64,000 nt of DNA, taken from assembly GCA_965649265.1 (NCBI GenBank), contig CBFGKC010000009.1, positions 1-64,000 of the forward strand. The letters are read 5' to 3'. This stretch comes from a candidate division WOR-3 bacterium (GTDB lineage Bacteria > Hydrothermota > Tepidihabitantia > B3-TA06). This document shows, piece after piece, positions 10,614 through 19,933 of this stretch; within the stretch, counting starts at the first letter, position 1, and every line of letters begins with the position of its first letter. A program made the translations under genes and the position numbers. The notes below the pieces were generated by a model. That model saw only the letters and a program-made list of their open reading frames with translations. It made no database searches and was not told the DNA's origin.

Positions 10614-10742
10614 CTAAGGATGGTCTGAGGAGGGTCTGAGGAGGGTCTGAGGAGGGCGAGCGCCAGAGGCGCATGGGCGGAATCGTATTCCCGCAGAGGG
10701 GCTGAGGGAGGCTGAGGGGGGCTGAGGAGGGCTGAGGAGGGC
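10614..10742 (+). repeat. Family B composite: CTGAGGAGGG tracts flanking a 38-bp two-hairpin core (10658-10695)
   Basis: Four 11-mers on the left, core GAGCGCCAGAGGCGCATGGGCGGAATCGTATTCCCGCA, four 10-mers on the right. Confidence 0.92.
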
Positions 10743-10852
10743 AACACAGGATGTAGTATGTCGAACTCCGGTCGACGTTTGACGTTCTGGCTCGTCACTG
10801 TGTATCCAAAAAGAACAGGAAGTAGCCTAAGAGGCTTCCGGAAGGAGTTGGT

Positions 10853-10882
10853 GTGTTACGGGGAGGGCCGAGGAGGGCCGAG
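10853..10882 (+). repeat. Hybrid A/B mini-tract directly before a -35 box
   Basis: GTGTTACGGG-GAGGGCCGAGGAGGGCCGAG, then TTGACA at 10883. Confidence 0.75.
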
Positions 10883-10915
10883 TTGACAAGGAGGAGTTAA
10901 AAGATATGCTTCGCT

Positions 10916-11110
10916 ATGAATATTTGGGGAATAGTATTATCGACTGCGGCCATAGCATGTGGGTTGACTGGACTCGTATTCCTTTTCTGGGGATGGAACC
11001 GCCACAACAGGGGCGAAAAAGCCTCTCTTCAATTTTTGATAGCGGCGACAGGCGGCGTGATCTTCGCAGGTCTGCTCTACATCGGCGGCAGGCTGGGACT
11101 CTTATGGTAA
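10916..11110 (+). CDS. Small two-TM membrane protein (64 aa)
   Basis: Two hydrophobic segments; TTGACA-16-TATGCT-5 nt-ATG promoter; stop directly abuts the next ATG. Confidence 0.7.
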   Translation: MNIWGIVLSTAAIACGLTGLVFLFWGWNRHNRGEKASLQFLIAATGGVIFAGLLYIGGRLGLLW

Positions 11111-11845
11111 ATGAGTATACTGGCGATTTTAGCAATCATCCTCGTATCAGCTGCGTTTCTCGTTATCGGATTCGCAGTCTTCTTAGCCGCACGGGTACTA
11201 AGACGCTCTCCCTTGAATACCGGCAATGTAAGCGAAAATCTTTATACCATTCGAACAGGCAGCGTTAACTTCTTCATCTATAAGGACGCAGGAGATGCAG
11301 TTGCCTTTGACGCGGGATTTAACCTAAGTAAAGGCGAGTTCGAAAAAATTGAAATCGATCCGACCTCCATATCACACGTATTCCTCACTCATACCGACAT
11401 GGATCACACCGGCGGTCTCAGGCTTATGACAAACGCCAGCATTTACATCGGTAAAGACGAGGAGCAAATGGTCAATCGCACACGCAAGCGCATGTTCGGC
11501 CTTGCCTATAACCGTCTTCAATCAAAAGCTTACACCCTGCTTGAGGACGGGGAGGAGATAAGGGTCGGCAAGATAATAATCAAGACTTTCGCGACTCCTG
11601 GTCATACACCCGGCTCAACTACGTACCTGGTAAACGGCCGGATACTTATTGTCGGCGACGCATTCAAACTCCTCAAAGGTGAGGTTGGACAAGGCCCCCT
11701 CCATAAACTTTTCACCATGGATCAAAAAGAGTGGGAGGAATCATTAAGGAAACTGGCTCGTTTGAAAGAAATCGACATCGTGTGCACAGCACACACCGGA
11801 TGCAGCGGGGAATTCGGACGGGCAACGGCAAAGTGGCGGGATTAA
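11111..11845 (+). CDS. Membrane-anchored MBL-fold metallo-hydrolase (glyoxalase II-like)
   Basis: THTDMDHTGG, TPGHTPG, GDA and AH motifs; N-terminal TM helix. Confidence 0.88.
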   Translation: MSILAILAIILVSAAFLVIGFAVFLAARVLRRSPLNTGNVSENLYTIRTGSVNFFIYKDAGDAVAFDAGFNLSKGEFEKIEIDPTSISHVFLTHTDMDHTGGLRLMTNASIYIGKDEEQMVNRTRKRMFGLAYNRLQSKAYTLLEDGEEIRVGKIIIKTFATPGHTPGSTTYLVNGRILIVGDAFKLLKGEVGQGPLHKLFTMDQKEWEESLRKLARLKEIDIVCTAHTGCSGEFGRATAKWRD

Positions 11846-12756
11846 TTAGTTTGCTTTCGAAGCCACTGGACAATCTTTTCCAGGCTCCATACGACAACAT
11901 GGTAACCGTGCCCGCCGTCCTTGGTTTTAACAAGGGTTTTATCTGACGACTTCCAGTTATCGTAAATCTCAATATGTCCGGATTGTTCAATGATTTCATC
12001 CTTCTCGCCGTAAACAAGAAGCAGAGGCAGATCGAGGGTTCTTGCATTGACGATGCACCTGTTCATGATCCTCTTGGAAGCCGCCATGTAACGCATGCTG
12101 AACTTTTTGACAACGAGGCTGTCGTTCATCCTCGATGCCATCTCCTTCGCGTCCTCGGGATGCTCTATGAGTGACGAATCACCGACCATATCGACCATGA
12201 GAGCGCCTGGCGCGAAGATGTAGTAAAATGCGTACTTGACGTAATCCCCGAATCGGGGACCTGCTCCCTTGCTTTGTTTGTATATGAAAGCCGGGTTAAC
12301 GGCGATAAGACCGGCGTAACTTTGAGGACTGCGTGCGGCGATCTCGATTGCAAACGCGCCGCTCATGCTGTGCCCGAACAGAAAGAAAGGAACCCGGGGG
12401 TGCCATACGCGGAGAGTGTCGGTGAAATCACTGTAATCGGTCAGAAAGCGTTCTATATTCTCATCCCCCCTCCTTCCCTGTGAGAGTCCGGTTCCGCGAG
12501 GATGAAGAAAGTACACGCCGAAACCGTTGACAAGTAGGGAATCGATGAATTCGGTCTGCTTGCCGGAATCGAGCCCCGTGATTCCGGTAACGTAAATAAC
12601 AATACCGCAACAGGCATCAGGGAGATACTTCGAGTAATAGAGCGATAATCCGTCCCGGGCGGTAAAGTGTCCGGAGTTCGTATCGACCGCTAATGACGTA
12701 CCTGCATTTGAATCCGCACCCGCTATGCATAAGAGAAGGATTGTCGTGATTTGCAT
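11842..12756 (-). CDS. Alpha/beta hydrolase (lysophospholipase-like)
   Basis: RGTGLSQGRRG, GHSMSG nucleophile elbow, GEKDEII and GH motifs. Confidence 0.88.
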   Translation of the reverse strand: MQITTILLLCIAGADSNAGTSLAVDTNSGHFTARDGLSLYYSKYLPDACCGIVIYVTGITGLDSGKQTEFIDSLLVNGFGVYFLHPRGTGLSQGRRGDENIERFLTDYSDFTDTLRVWHPRVPFFLFGHSMSGAFAIEIAARSPQSYAGLIAVNPAFIYKQSKGAGPRFGDYVKYAFYYIFAPGALMVDMVGDSSLIEHPEDAKEMASRMNDSLVVKKFSMRYMAASKRIMNRCIVNARTLDLPLLLVYGEKDEIIEQSGHIEIYDNWKSSDKTLVKTKDGGHGYHVVVWSLEKIVQWLRKQTN

Positions 12757-12763
12757 ATAATGA

Positions 12764-12825
12764 ATTATAGATGTTTTATACGATAGGTCAACATTTCTTG
12801 ACTTTCCCCTCCCCCTCCGTATACT
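12764..12825. promoter_or_regulatory. Back-to-back divergent sigma70 promoters, both apparently leaderless
   Basis: Minus strand: TTGACC(12791-12786)-16-TATAAT-7 nt-ATG. Plus strand: TTGACT(12798)-16-TATACT-5 nt-ATG(12831). Confidence 0.72.
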
Positions 12826-12830
12826 TCCGC

Positions 12831-13775
12831 ATGCGTGACCCCCAAAAATTTGTTGACGAATCGATTGAACGGCTGCGGGCTGAAATCAAGGGAACCGCCA
12901 TCATCGCTTGCTCGGGCGGCGTGGACTCCACGACCGCGGCAGTGCTCGTAAACCGCGCCATCGGCGAGAGGCTTGTAACCGTATTTGTGGACACAGGTTA
13001 CATCCGCAAGGGTGAGGCCGAACACGTCCAGGCTCTGCTCACAAATATGGGATTGAATTTAAGATTTGTGGACGCTTCCAGCGAATTCTACAAGGCGCTG
13101 TGCGGAGTTACGGAACCTGAGAGGAAAAGGAAGATTATCGGCAGTATGTTCATAAAGGTTTTCGAGCGTGAGGCCGAGAAGGTTCAGGCCGATACATTGA
13201 TTCAGGGAACGATCGCTCCGGACTGGATAGAGTCGGGTGGACAACTGCGGGACGTCATCAAGTCACACCACAACGTGGGCGGGCTTCCAGAGGATATGAA
13301 GATGAAGCTGGTCGAGCCTCTGCGCGATCTTTACAAGGATGAGGTTCGCAAGGTCGCGCGGCACCTGGATCTGGATATCGCCGAGAAACAGCCGTTTCCC
13401 GGGCCGGGTCTTGCGGTAAGGGTTCTGGGCGAAGCAACGAAGGAGCGGACGGCTATCTTGAGGGAGGCATGTGCGATTGTGGAGGATGAGATTGAGCAGG
13501 CCGCATCCCGCGGTGAATGCGAGCTACCCTGGCAGTATTTCGCGGTTCTTCTGCCCGTGAAGAGCGTCGGCGTTCGCGGCGACGTAAGGGCCTACGGCGA
13601 AACAGTAGTCGTGCGTGCCGTTCAGAGCCTTGACGGAATGACGGCTTCGGCAAGCCCCCTCCCCTTCTCCCTTCTCGAACGCATCAGCGTGCGGATAACC
13701 AACTCGACGCAGGAAGTGGTACGGGTGGTCTACGATGTAACGCACAAACCACCCGGGACAATCGAGTGGGAGTGA
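12831..13775 (+). CDS. guaAB: GMP synthase subunit B (ATP pyrophosphatase subunit)
   Basis: SGGVDS PP-loop, IKSHHNVGGLP, PFPGPGLAVR and KPPGTIEWE motifs; no fused GATase domain. Confidence 0.95.
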   Translation: MRDPQKFVDESIERLRAEIKGTAIIACSGGVDSTTAAVLVNRAIGERLVTVFVDTGYIRKGEAEHVQALLTNMGLNLRFVDASSEFYKALCGVTEPERKRKIIGSMFIKVFEREAEKVQADTLIQGTIAPDWIESGGQLRDVIKSHHNVGGLPEDMKMKLVEPLRDLYKDEVRKVARHLDLDIAEKQPFPGPGLAVRVLGEATKERTAILREACAIVEDEIEQAASRGECELPWQYFAVLLPVKSVGVRGDVRAYGETVVVRAVQSLDGMTASASPLPFSLLERISVRITNSTQEVVRVVYDVTHKPPGTIEWE

Positions 13776-13779
13776 AGCG

Positions 13780-14361
13780 GTGAGCAAGGTGAGAATCGAC
13801 GTCGTAGACAACGGCGGTCAGTGGACTCACAGGGAATGGAGAATGCTCAGGGATCTGGATGTGGAGACGACAATCATCCCCAACACGACGCCTGTATCTG
13901 ACGTAACGGCGGATGCGCTCCTGCTCTCCGGTGGCGCGCCCCGAATCGGCACGGAGGTTCCAAAACTCGGCGTAACCGGAGATTACCTCGATAAGCTCGA
14001 GATTCCCGTTCTCGGCATATGTGTGGGACACCAGTTCATGGCCCTTCACTTCGGGGGCAAGGCGGGACCGGCGAAGGTGCCGGAGTACGGAAAGGCCGAG
14101 TTGATCGTCACCGAACCAGATGACCTTTTCAAGGGGCTTCCCGAAAGATTTACCGTATGGGAATCGCACAACGACGAGGTCTACGAGCCGCCTCGCGATT
14201 TTGTCGTCCTGGCGCATTCCAAGGATTGTGCGGTAGAGGCGATGAAGCACTCGACCAAACCGTTGTATGGTGTTCAGTTCCATCCCGAAGTGGAACATAC
14301 GGATTTTCACTACGAGATATTCGAGAATATCATCGAGATAGTCAAGGAATTCAAGAAGTAA
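13780..14361 (+). CDS. guaAA: GMP synthase subunit A (class I glutamine amidotransferase)
   Basis: DNGGQWTHR, LGICVGHQ (catalytic Cys), SHNDEV and QFHPEV motifs. Confidence 0.93.
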   Translation: MSKVRIDVVDNGGQWTHREWRMLRDLDVETTIIPNTTPVSDVTADALLLSGGAPRIGTEVPKLGVTGDYLDKLEIPVLGICVGHQFMALHFGGKAGPAKVPEYGKAELIVTEPDDLFKGLPERFTVWESHNDEVYEPPRDFVVLAHSKDCAVEAMKHSTKPLYGVQFHPEVEHTDFHYEIFENIIEIVKEFKK

Positions 14362-14523
14362 GTTCCGCTTCCAGCAACAAAAAAATTCGTCAAGCCCACA
14401 TCAACAAAGCATAACTCTTTCTCCGCGAATTATCTGCCTTGGTGCTTTGCTGTCAGACTTCCGGGTCAAAGAATTTCTTCGGGCTTCACCGAACGAACTG
14501 GATAGAGCAGGTTAAATGCTAAA

Positions 14524-15342
14524 TCAGTCAGTCTCCGGTATTGCACCGGGAATCGGTTCAGTCTTGCACGCGCTGAGACCCTCCTGGGGTTCGGGCAGTA
14601 ACAGGTATTCCTGATCGGCAAAAAGAATACCCCTTCCGATCGTCATTTCGTAAAGACGCAATGCAAGGTGATGAGGGTGAGTAAGGTAATACCAAAGCCA
14701 CTGCCCGAGAGGAGGAACCGGTATTTCGTTGTCCGAGCTTGAGACCTCGTTCAACAGATGCCTCATATCAAGCTTGTGATTCTGGAAGAACGCGCGGTTA
14801 ACATCGAAACCGGTACGGCGAAATAATTTGCGCGCCGCTCTTTTTGAGATATCCCTCTTGTGGTGAGGCATGGCCCAGTCCATAGTTACGACCGAAGGGA
14901 AACAGACAACGGCCGCGCCGGATGGCTTGAGAGCACGATGGATCCATCCCATGTAGGCGCCTGCATTCGCAACATGCTCAACCGTGGCAAGACTGACTAT
15001 CGCATCGAATTTCCCCAGACTGTCGAGAAATTCGTCGTTGTCAGCGTCACCGAGCATAAAGGAGGTCCTGTCATTTTTGTAATTCAAATCGGCATATTTA
15101 ATGGCCTCCGGATCCATATCGACTCCGACAACATCACCGATCTCCGAGAGTATCTCGGTACCGTAACCTGATCCACACGCAATATCAATTATTCTAAGAT
15201 CGTTTCTTTTAAAATGTTGCTTCAACCAATTTTTTGCCACGTTATATCTCGTAGTAAACACCTTGTACATCACCCCCTGGATGTTATGCATTCCGCAAGG
15301 ATCCATCTCCTTGGGATAGACACGCTCGCTTATTCCTGGCAT
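14524..15342 (-). CDS. Class I SAM-dependent methyltransferase
   Basis: IIDIACGSGYG, VGVD, ATVEHV and ALKPSG motifs. Confidence 0.9.
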   Translation of the reverse strand: MPGISERVYPKEMDPCGMHNIQGVMYKVFTTRYNVAKNWLKQHFKRNDLRIIDIACGSGYGTEILSEIGDVVGVDMDPEAIKYADLNYKNDRTSFMLGDADNDEFLDSLGKFDAIVSLATVEHVANAGAYMGWIHRALKPSGAAVVCFPSVVTMDWAMPHHKRDISKRAARKLFRRTGFDVNRAFFQNHKLDMRHLLNEVSSSDNEIPVPPLGQWLWYYLTHPHHLALRLYEMTIGRGILFADQEYLLLPEPQEGLSACKTEPIPGAIPETD

Positions 15343-16136
15343 AGTTCCCCCGTGGAATATACGTTAGATATTTGTTCCGCAGCTGTAACGCAAGGTTCGA
15401 GCAAGTACTGCTGGTGGGCTATAAGAACGCCACCGCCGATAGATATTTGATACAAGCGAAGGACCAAAAGTCGAAGGTCCGAGAGGTATATTTTAATCCA
15501 CTGGCTGAGAGGAGGGGTCGGCATTGCATTGTTGTATTTTGTCTCAAAGAGAACGTCCCGCATATCAAGTTTGTAATCCTGCCTGAATTTTTCAAGAATA
15601 CTGAAACCGGTTCTTTTAAAAAGTCTATTAGCTGCACTCCTGGAAATATCCCGCTTGTGGTGAGGAGCTGCCCAATCCATGGTTAATGTGGACGGGAAGG
15701 ATACGATAAAGGCACCTCCCGGTTTAAGAGACCGCTTCACCCACCCGAGATAAGCATGATGATCTTCGAGATGTTCAATTGTTTCTAGACTTACCACGGC
15801 ATCAAACATCCCCAGGTTGTTCAGAAAATCCTTGTTCTCGGCATTTCCGACCATAAAGGAGGTTTTTTCATTCTTGTAATGACGTTTTGCGTAGACTATG
15901 GCATCAGAATCGAAATCGACGCCCACGACCTCACCTGCCTGACAAAGAATCTCGGAACCAAAACCTGTACCGCAGCCGATGTCGAGAATCCTGGCCGGTT
16001 TTCCGTTAAAACGGCGTCTGAGCCAATTAGCCGCAACGTTGTAGCGCTGCAAATGATTCTTTAATGATATCCGTTGAATATCACTTGATACAACGTCCAT
16101 CTCCTTGGGGACGACTCTTTCGATATTCCAATCCAA
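15330..16136 (-). CDS. Class I SAM-dependent methyltransferase (paralog of the downstream gene)
   Basis: ILDIGCGTGFG, ETIEHL and LKPGG motifs; TTG start with AGGAGG SD. Confidence 0.9.
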   Translation of the reverse strand: MDWNIERVVPKEMDVVSSDIQRISLKNHLQRYNVAANWLRRRFNGKPARILDIGCGTGFGSEILCQAGEVVGVDFDSDAIVYAKRHYKNEKTSFMVGNAENKDFLNNLGMFDAVVSLETIEHLEDHHAYLGWVKRSLKPGGAFIVSFPSTLTMDWAAPHHKRDISRSAANRLFKRTGFSILEKFRQDYKLDMRDVLFETKYNNAMPTPPLSQWIKIYLSDLRLLVLRLYQISIGGGVLIAHQQYLLEPCVTAAEQISNVYSTGELCQE

Positions 16137-16310
16137 ACTTCCTCCTGAAAATTGAATTTATTCGTACTCTTCTGACGCCGCTTCAAGACTTAAACGCCAG
16201 ATATTACTTTCTCTAGTATAACTTTGCCTAACCGCATGTCAAGTAAACCACCCTAACAGTAAATTCACTTAACATTACAACCTCCACGGCCGAGTTCTTC
16301 AAGCTATAAG

Positions 16311-17159
16311 TTACGGCATCAAAGGAAGTTCGGGTACAATGCGTTTTCCTTTGGCTTCGGGTTTACCCGGCGAGTTGTCGTAGGCCTCCACCACATAGTA
16401 GATCACCGCAATGAATTGCTTGTCGAATGCGCCGTGGAAGTAAGAATGCACGAGATTCGCATACTTCACTTGAAGCTTCTCCTGTTCCGTAAGTTCAGGA
16501 TCATCCGGATGCATCAGGTGAGCGATCGCCTTGAACTCGTAGGATGGGATGTCGAGAAAAACCACGGCGCATGCGGGGTTGACCATTTGATTGAGAAATG
16601 TTCCCGTTTCAAATTCCGGAGTGGAATAGAGTTCAAGACTTACCTGGCAAGTCGGGTCAAAAAGAGAATCGCCCTGCATGTAGATCGAATCGAGCCGGTC
16701 AAGCTTGGCATTAAAATCGTCACCCATAGTAGACTCAAGAAGCTCGACCATCCGGGCAAGCTTTTCAGGTCTCGGCAGCCACCCCATGCCTTTCACTGCG
16801 TTGTTTAACTTGAAACGGCTGTCGTTGCGGGCAATGCCGTAAGATGCAACCATCCCGTTGTGCGGTCCCGAAAGCTCCGGCGGCTGGTGTTTGCGAAAAC
16901 GCTCAAGGGTTTCAAGCCGGGCTTGAAAGCTCCAGTCCATGAAGGATTTCGGGAGCTTTCTGATCTCAAAATCCTGCCACTTGCCGTCCACTTCGGCTCT
17001 GATCACCCCCTGATCGAGCTTTGAGCAGTCCACTTTATCCTGGTGAAATGTCTGGTTATTCCAAAGACTCAAGTTCGAATGCTCAAGGTCTTTTGCCCCG
17101 AGAACTATGGCAGGGGTAAAAACACAGACAAGAAAAAAGGTAATTGAAAGCCTCTTCAT
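16311..17159 (-). CDS. Secreted conserved protein, possibly split-barrel FMN-binding (PNPOx-like)
   Basis: Signal peptide; the LNNAVKG, TFLNQMVNPACAVVF and VVEAYDNSPG..GKRI pattern resembles PNPOx-like proteins (from recall). Confidence 0.55.
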   Translation of the reverse strand: MKRLSITFFLVCVFTPAIVLGAKDLEHSNLSLWNNQTFHQDKVDCSKLDQGVIRAEVDGKWQDFEIRKLPKSFMDWSFQARLETLERFRKHQPPELSGPHNGMVASYGIARNDSRFKLNNAVKGMGWLPRPEKLARMVELLESTMGDDFNAKLDRLDSIYMQGDSLFDPTCQVSLELYSTPEFETGTFLNQMVNPACAVVFLDIPSYEFKAIAHLMHPDDPELTEQEKLQVKYANLVHSYFHGAFDKQFIAVIYYVVEAYDNSPGKPEAKGKRIVPELPLMP

Positions 17160-19543
17160 CTTTTCTCCTTGGTTTTTTTAGATCCCTTTTCCTTTTTTTC
17201 GCTAAAAAGAATTTTCAGTGCCCCGTGAATCGTTTTGACGAAATGAAATTCGAGTCCCTTTCTTATGTGTTCGGGGATCTCTTCAAGATCTTTCTTGTTC
17301 TCCTCGGGAAGAAGAATGGTAGTGATGCCCGCCCTCTTGGCTCCAAGCACCTTCTCCTTTACTCCACCTATCGGAAGCACACGACCGGTCAACGTGATCT
17401 CGCCGGTCATGGCTATCCTTGGGTCTATCGCCTTTTTCGAAAAGAGTGAGTAAAGAGCCGAGGTCAACGCAAGACCTGCCGATGGGCCGTCCTTCGGAAT
17501 GGCTCCCGAAGGTATATGGATATGAAGATCGGTTTTTGCAAGATCAAGTTCATCCAGGGCAAGTTCCCTGTAATGGCTTCGCAGGAACGAAAGGGCAGCC
17601 TGCGCGGATTCCTTCATGACGTCGCCGAGGGAGCCCGTAAGAACCAGCCCCTTGGAACCGGGCATGCTGGTCGCTTCTATAAAGAGAATCTCCCCGCCGA
17701 CGGGCGTCCAGGCAAGACCGGTAGATACTCCGACAGTGCCTTCACGCGCCGCGATCTCGGCGTAGAACTTGCGCGGCCCGAGGTACGATGCGACCATTTT
17801 GGAATCCTGAACCTTGACTTTCCGCCTGTTGCCTTCGGCGTGGCGTCTGGCAATCTTGCGAATGACGGAGCCTATCTCGCGTTCAAGATTACGCACACCG
17901 GCCTCGCGAGTGTAGCCTTTGATTATCTCTATGATCGCCTCGTCGGTGAAATCGATGTCGGATGATTTGAGACCTGTCTGATCAAGCTGGCGGGGAAGCA
18001 GGTAGTTCCTTGCTATTTGGAGCTTCTCCTCGTCTATGTAGCCCGGAAGCTCGATTATCTCCATCCTGTCCCGGAGCGCCGGAATTATTGTCTGCATCAC
18101 GTTTCCGGTTGCTATGAACATCACCTTAGAGAGATCGAAGGGAACTTCGATGTAGTGATCGGAAAACGAGAAGTTCTGTTCGGGATCAAGCACTTCAAGC
18201 AATGCGGAGGAAGGGTCGCCGCGGAAATCGGCGCCGACCTTGTCAATTTCATCGAGCATGAATACGGGATTGTTGGAGCCTGCCGTTCTAAGACTCTGAA
18301 GGATTCGTCCCGGAAGCGCACCAACGTAGGTGCGGCGATGCCCCCTTATTTCCGCCTCATCGTGCACGCCGCCCAGGGAAAGGCGGACGAACTTGCGCCC
18401 CAGAGCGCGAGCAATGGAGCGACCAAGGGACGTTTTCCCCACCCCGGGGGGGCCTATAAAACAAAGAATGGGACCTTTTGAATCGGGTTTAAGCTTGCGA
18501 ACGGCAAGGTACTCGAGAAGCCTGTCTTTGACTTTTGCCAGATCGTAGTGATCCTCATCAAGTATTTTGCGGGCGCGTTTTATGTCGAGATTGTCATCGG
18601 TGGATTCCATCCAGGGAAGGGTCAGAAACCAATCAATGTATGTGCGGACGACCGTGTACTCCGCAGCCGCAGGAGGCATTATGCGCAGCCTGTCAAGCTC
18701 CTTGATGGCCGTCTGTTTAGCTTCTTCCGGCATCTTCTTTTCTTCGATTTTCGTCTTTAACTCTTCAATCTCGGCGGTTCTCTCGTCCGATTCCCCAAGT
18801 TCATCTCTTATCGCCTTCAGCTGCTCGCGCAGGAAATACTCTCTCTGTGATTTGTCAACTTCACCCTTCACTCGCTCGCGAATCTTGACCCCTAGTTCAA
18901 GTATTCCGATCTCCTTGGCCAGAAGCGTGTCCAGGCGTTTAAGCCTGTCTTTTGCCAAGAAAGTCTCGAGGAGGCTCTGCTTCTCGGCAACGTCAAAATT
19001 CACGTACGAGGCAACGAAGTCAGCAAGCTTGTCAGGCTCGCGAATGTTAAGGACTATCGACATGAGGTCCTCGGAAAGGTAAGGAACCATTGAAACAAGT
19101 CTCTGAAACGACCCCACTACGTTGCGCATGAGGGCTTCGGTGGAGGTATCTCGCTGGCCGCTTTCCCGGATTATCTTCACCCTTGCGGTAAGGTAAGGGT
19201 TTCTTTGAACGAAGCTCTCGACATGTCCGCGCTGCATGCCTTGAATGAATATACGCAAGGTATCGTCAGGGTATCGCCTCATCTTAAGAATCATTGAGAC
19301 GACGCCAACGCGGTAAAGATCATCGGGAGAAGGATTCTCAATTTCGGAGTTGCGCTGGGTAACGATGCAAACTATCTTGTGAGCTGCCAGGGTTTCGTCG
19401 ATAAGTTTCGTGATTGACGGATTGGATATGGCCAGGCCGGTGGCCAGGTTGGGAAAGATTACCCCGCCTTTGATGGGAAGAATGGGCAACACCTCAGGGA
19501 TAGTCGGGGTATCGTTAAAATCTAGCGTAGGTTCTTTTTGCAT
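17156..19543 (-). CDS. lon: ATP-dependent protease La
   Basis: GPPGVGKTS, HRRTYVGALPG, LDEIDK and PKDGPSAG motifs. Confidence 0.98.
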   Translation of the reverse strand: MQKEPTLDFNDTPTIPEVLPILPIKGGVIFPNLATGLAISNPSITKLIDETLAAHKIVCIVTQRNSEIENPSPDDLYRVGVVSMILKMRRYPDDTLRIFIQGMQRGHVESFVQRNPYLTARVKIIRESGQRDTSTEALMRNVVGSFQRLVSMVPYLSEDLMSIVLNIREPDKLADFVASYVNFDVAEKQSLLETFLAKDRLKRLDTLLAKEIGILELGVKIRERVKGEVDKSQREYFLREQLKAIRDELGESDERTAEIEELKTKIEEKKMPEEAKQTAIKELDRLRIMPPAAAEYTVVRTYIDWFLTLPWMESTDDNLDIKRARKILDEDHYDLAKVKDRLLEYLAVRKLKPDSKGPILCFIGPPGVGKTSLGRSIARALGRKFVRLSLGGVHDEAEIRGHRRTYVGALPGRILQSLRTAGSNNPVFMLDEIDKVGADFRGDPSSALLEVLDPEQNFSFSDHYIEVPFDLSKVMFIATGNVMQTIIPALRDRMEIIELPGYIDEEKLQIARNYLLPRQLDQTGLKSSDIDFTDEAIIEIIKGYTREAGVRNLEREIGSVIRKIARRHAEGNRRKVKVQDSKMVASYLGPRKFYAEIAAREGTVGVSTGLAWTPVGGEILFIEATSMPGSKGLVLTGSLGDVMKESAQAALSFLRSHYRELALDELDLAKTDLHIHIPSGAIPKDGPSAGLALTSALYSLFSKKAIDPRIAMTGEITLTGRVLPIGGVKEKVLGAKRAGITTILLPEENKKDLEEIPEHIRKGLEFHFVKTIHGALKILFSEKKEKGSKKTKEKR

Positions 19544-19552
19544 CTTGCACCT

Positions 19553-19933
19553 CTATTCAACAGGGATCTCTATTATGCGTGGTACATGCCTGGGTATTCT
19601 TATCTCGAGAATTCCGTCCTTGAGGCTCACGTTTGCCGAATCTGCATCTACCTCGCATGGAAGGTGGATTCTGCGCTCGAAAGAGCCATAGAATGATTCA
19701 AGCTTGTAAAAACGGATAGCGTTGCCGCATGAATCCGGCTCGCGTCTTATTCCTCTTATATCGACGAATCCTTTCTCTATTTTTACCTCGAGCATTTGAG
19801 TTGAAACACCCGGGACCTCGGCAAGCAAAAAGACCTCGTCCTTAGTCAGGAAAAGATCGACCCTAGGGTATGTCGCTTCCTCCCCGCGCTGCGCGGATTC
19901 GTCCAAGAGAAAGTATACTTGACCTTTTCTCAT
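19553..19933 (-). CDS. Hsp20/alpha-crystallin small heat shock protein
   Basis: PRVDL, AEVPGV, YGSFERRIHLP and LKDGILEIRIP motifs. Confidence 0.93.
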   Translation of the reverse strand: MRKGQVYFLLDESAQRGEEATYPRVDLFLTKDEVFLLAEVPGVSTQMLEVKIEKGFVDIRGIRREPDSCGNAIRFYKLESFYGSFERRIHLPCEVDADSANVSLKDGILEIRIPRHVPRIIEIPVE

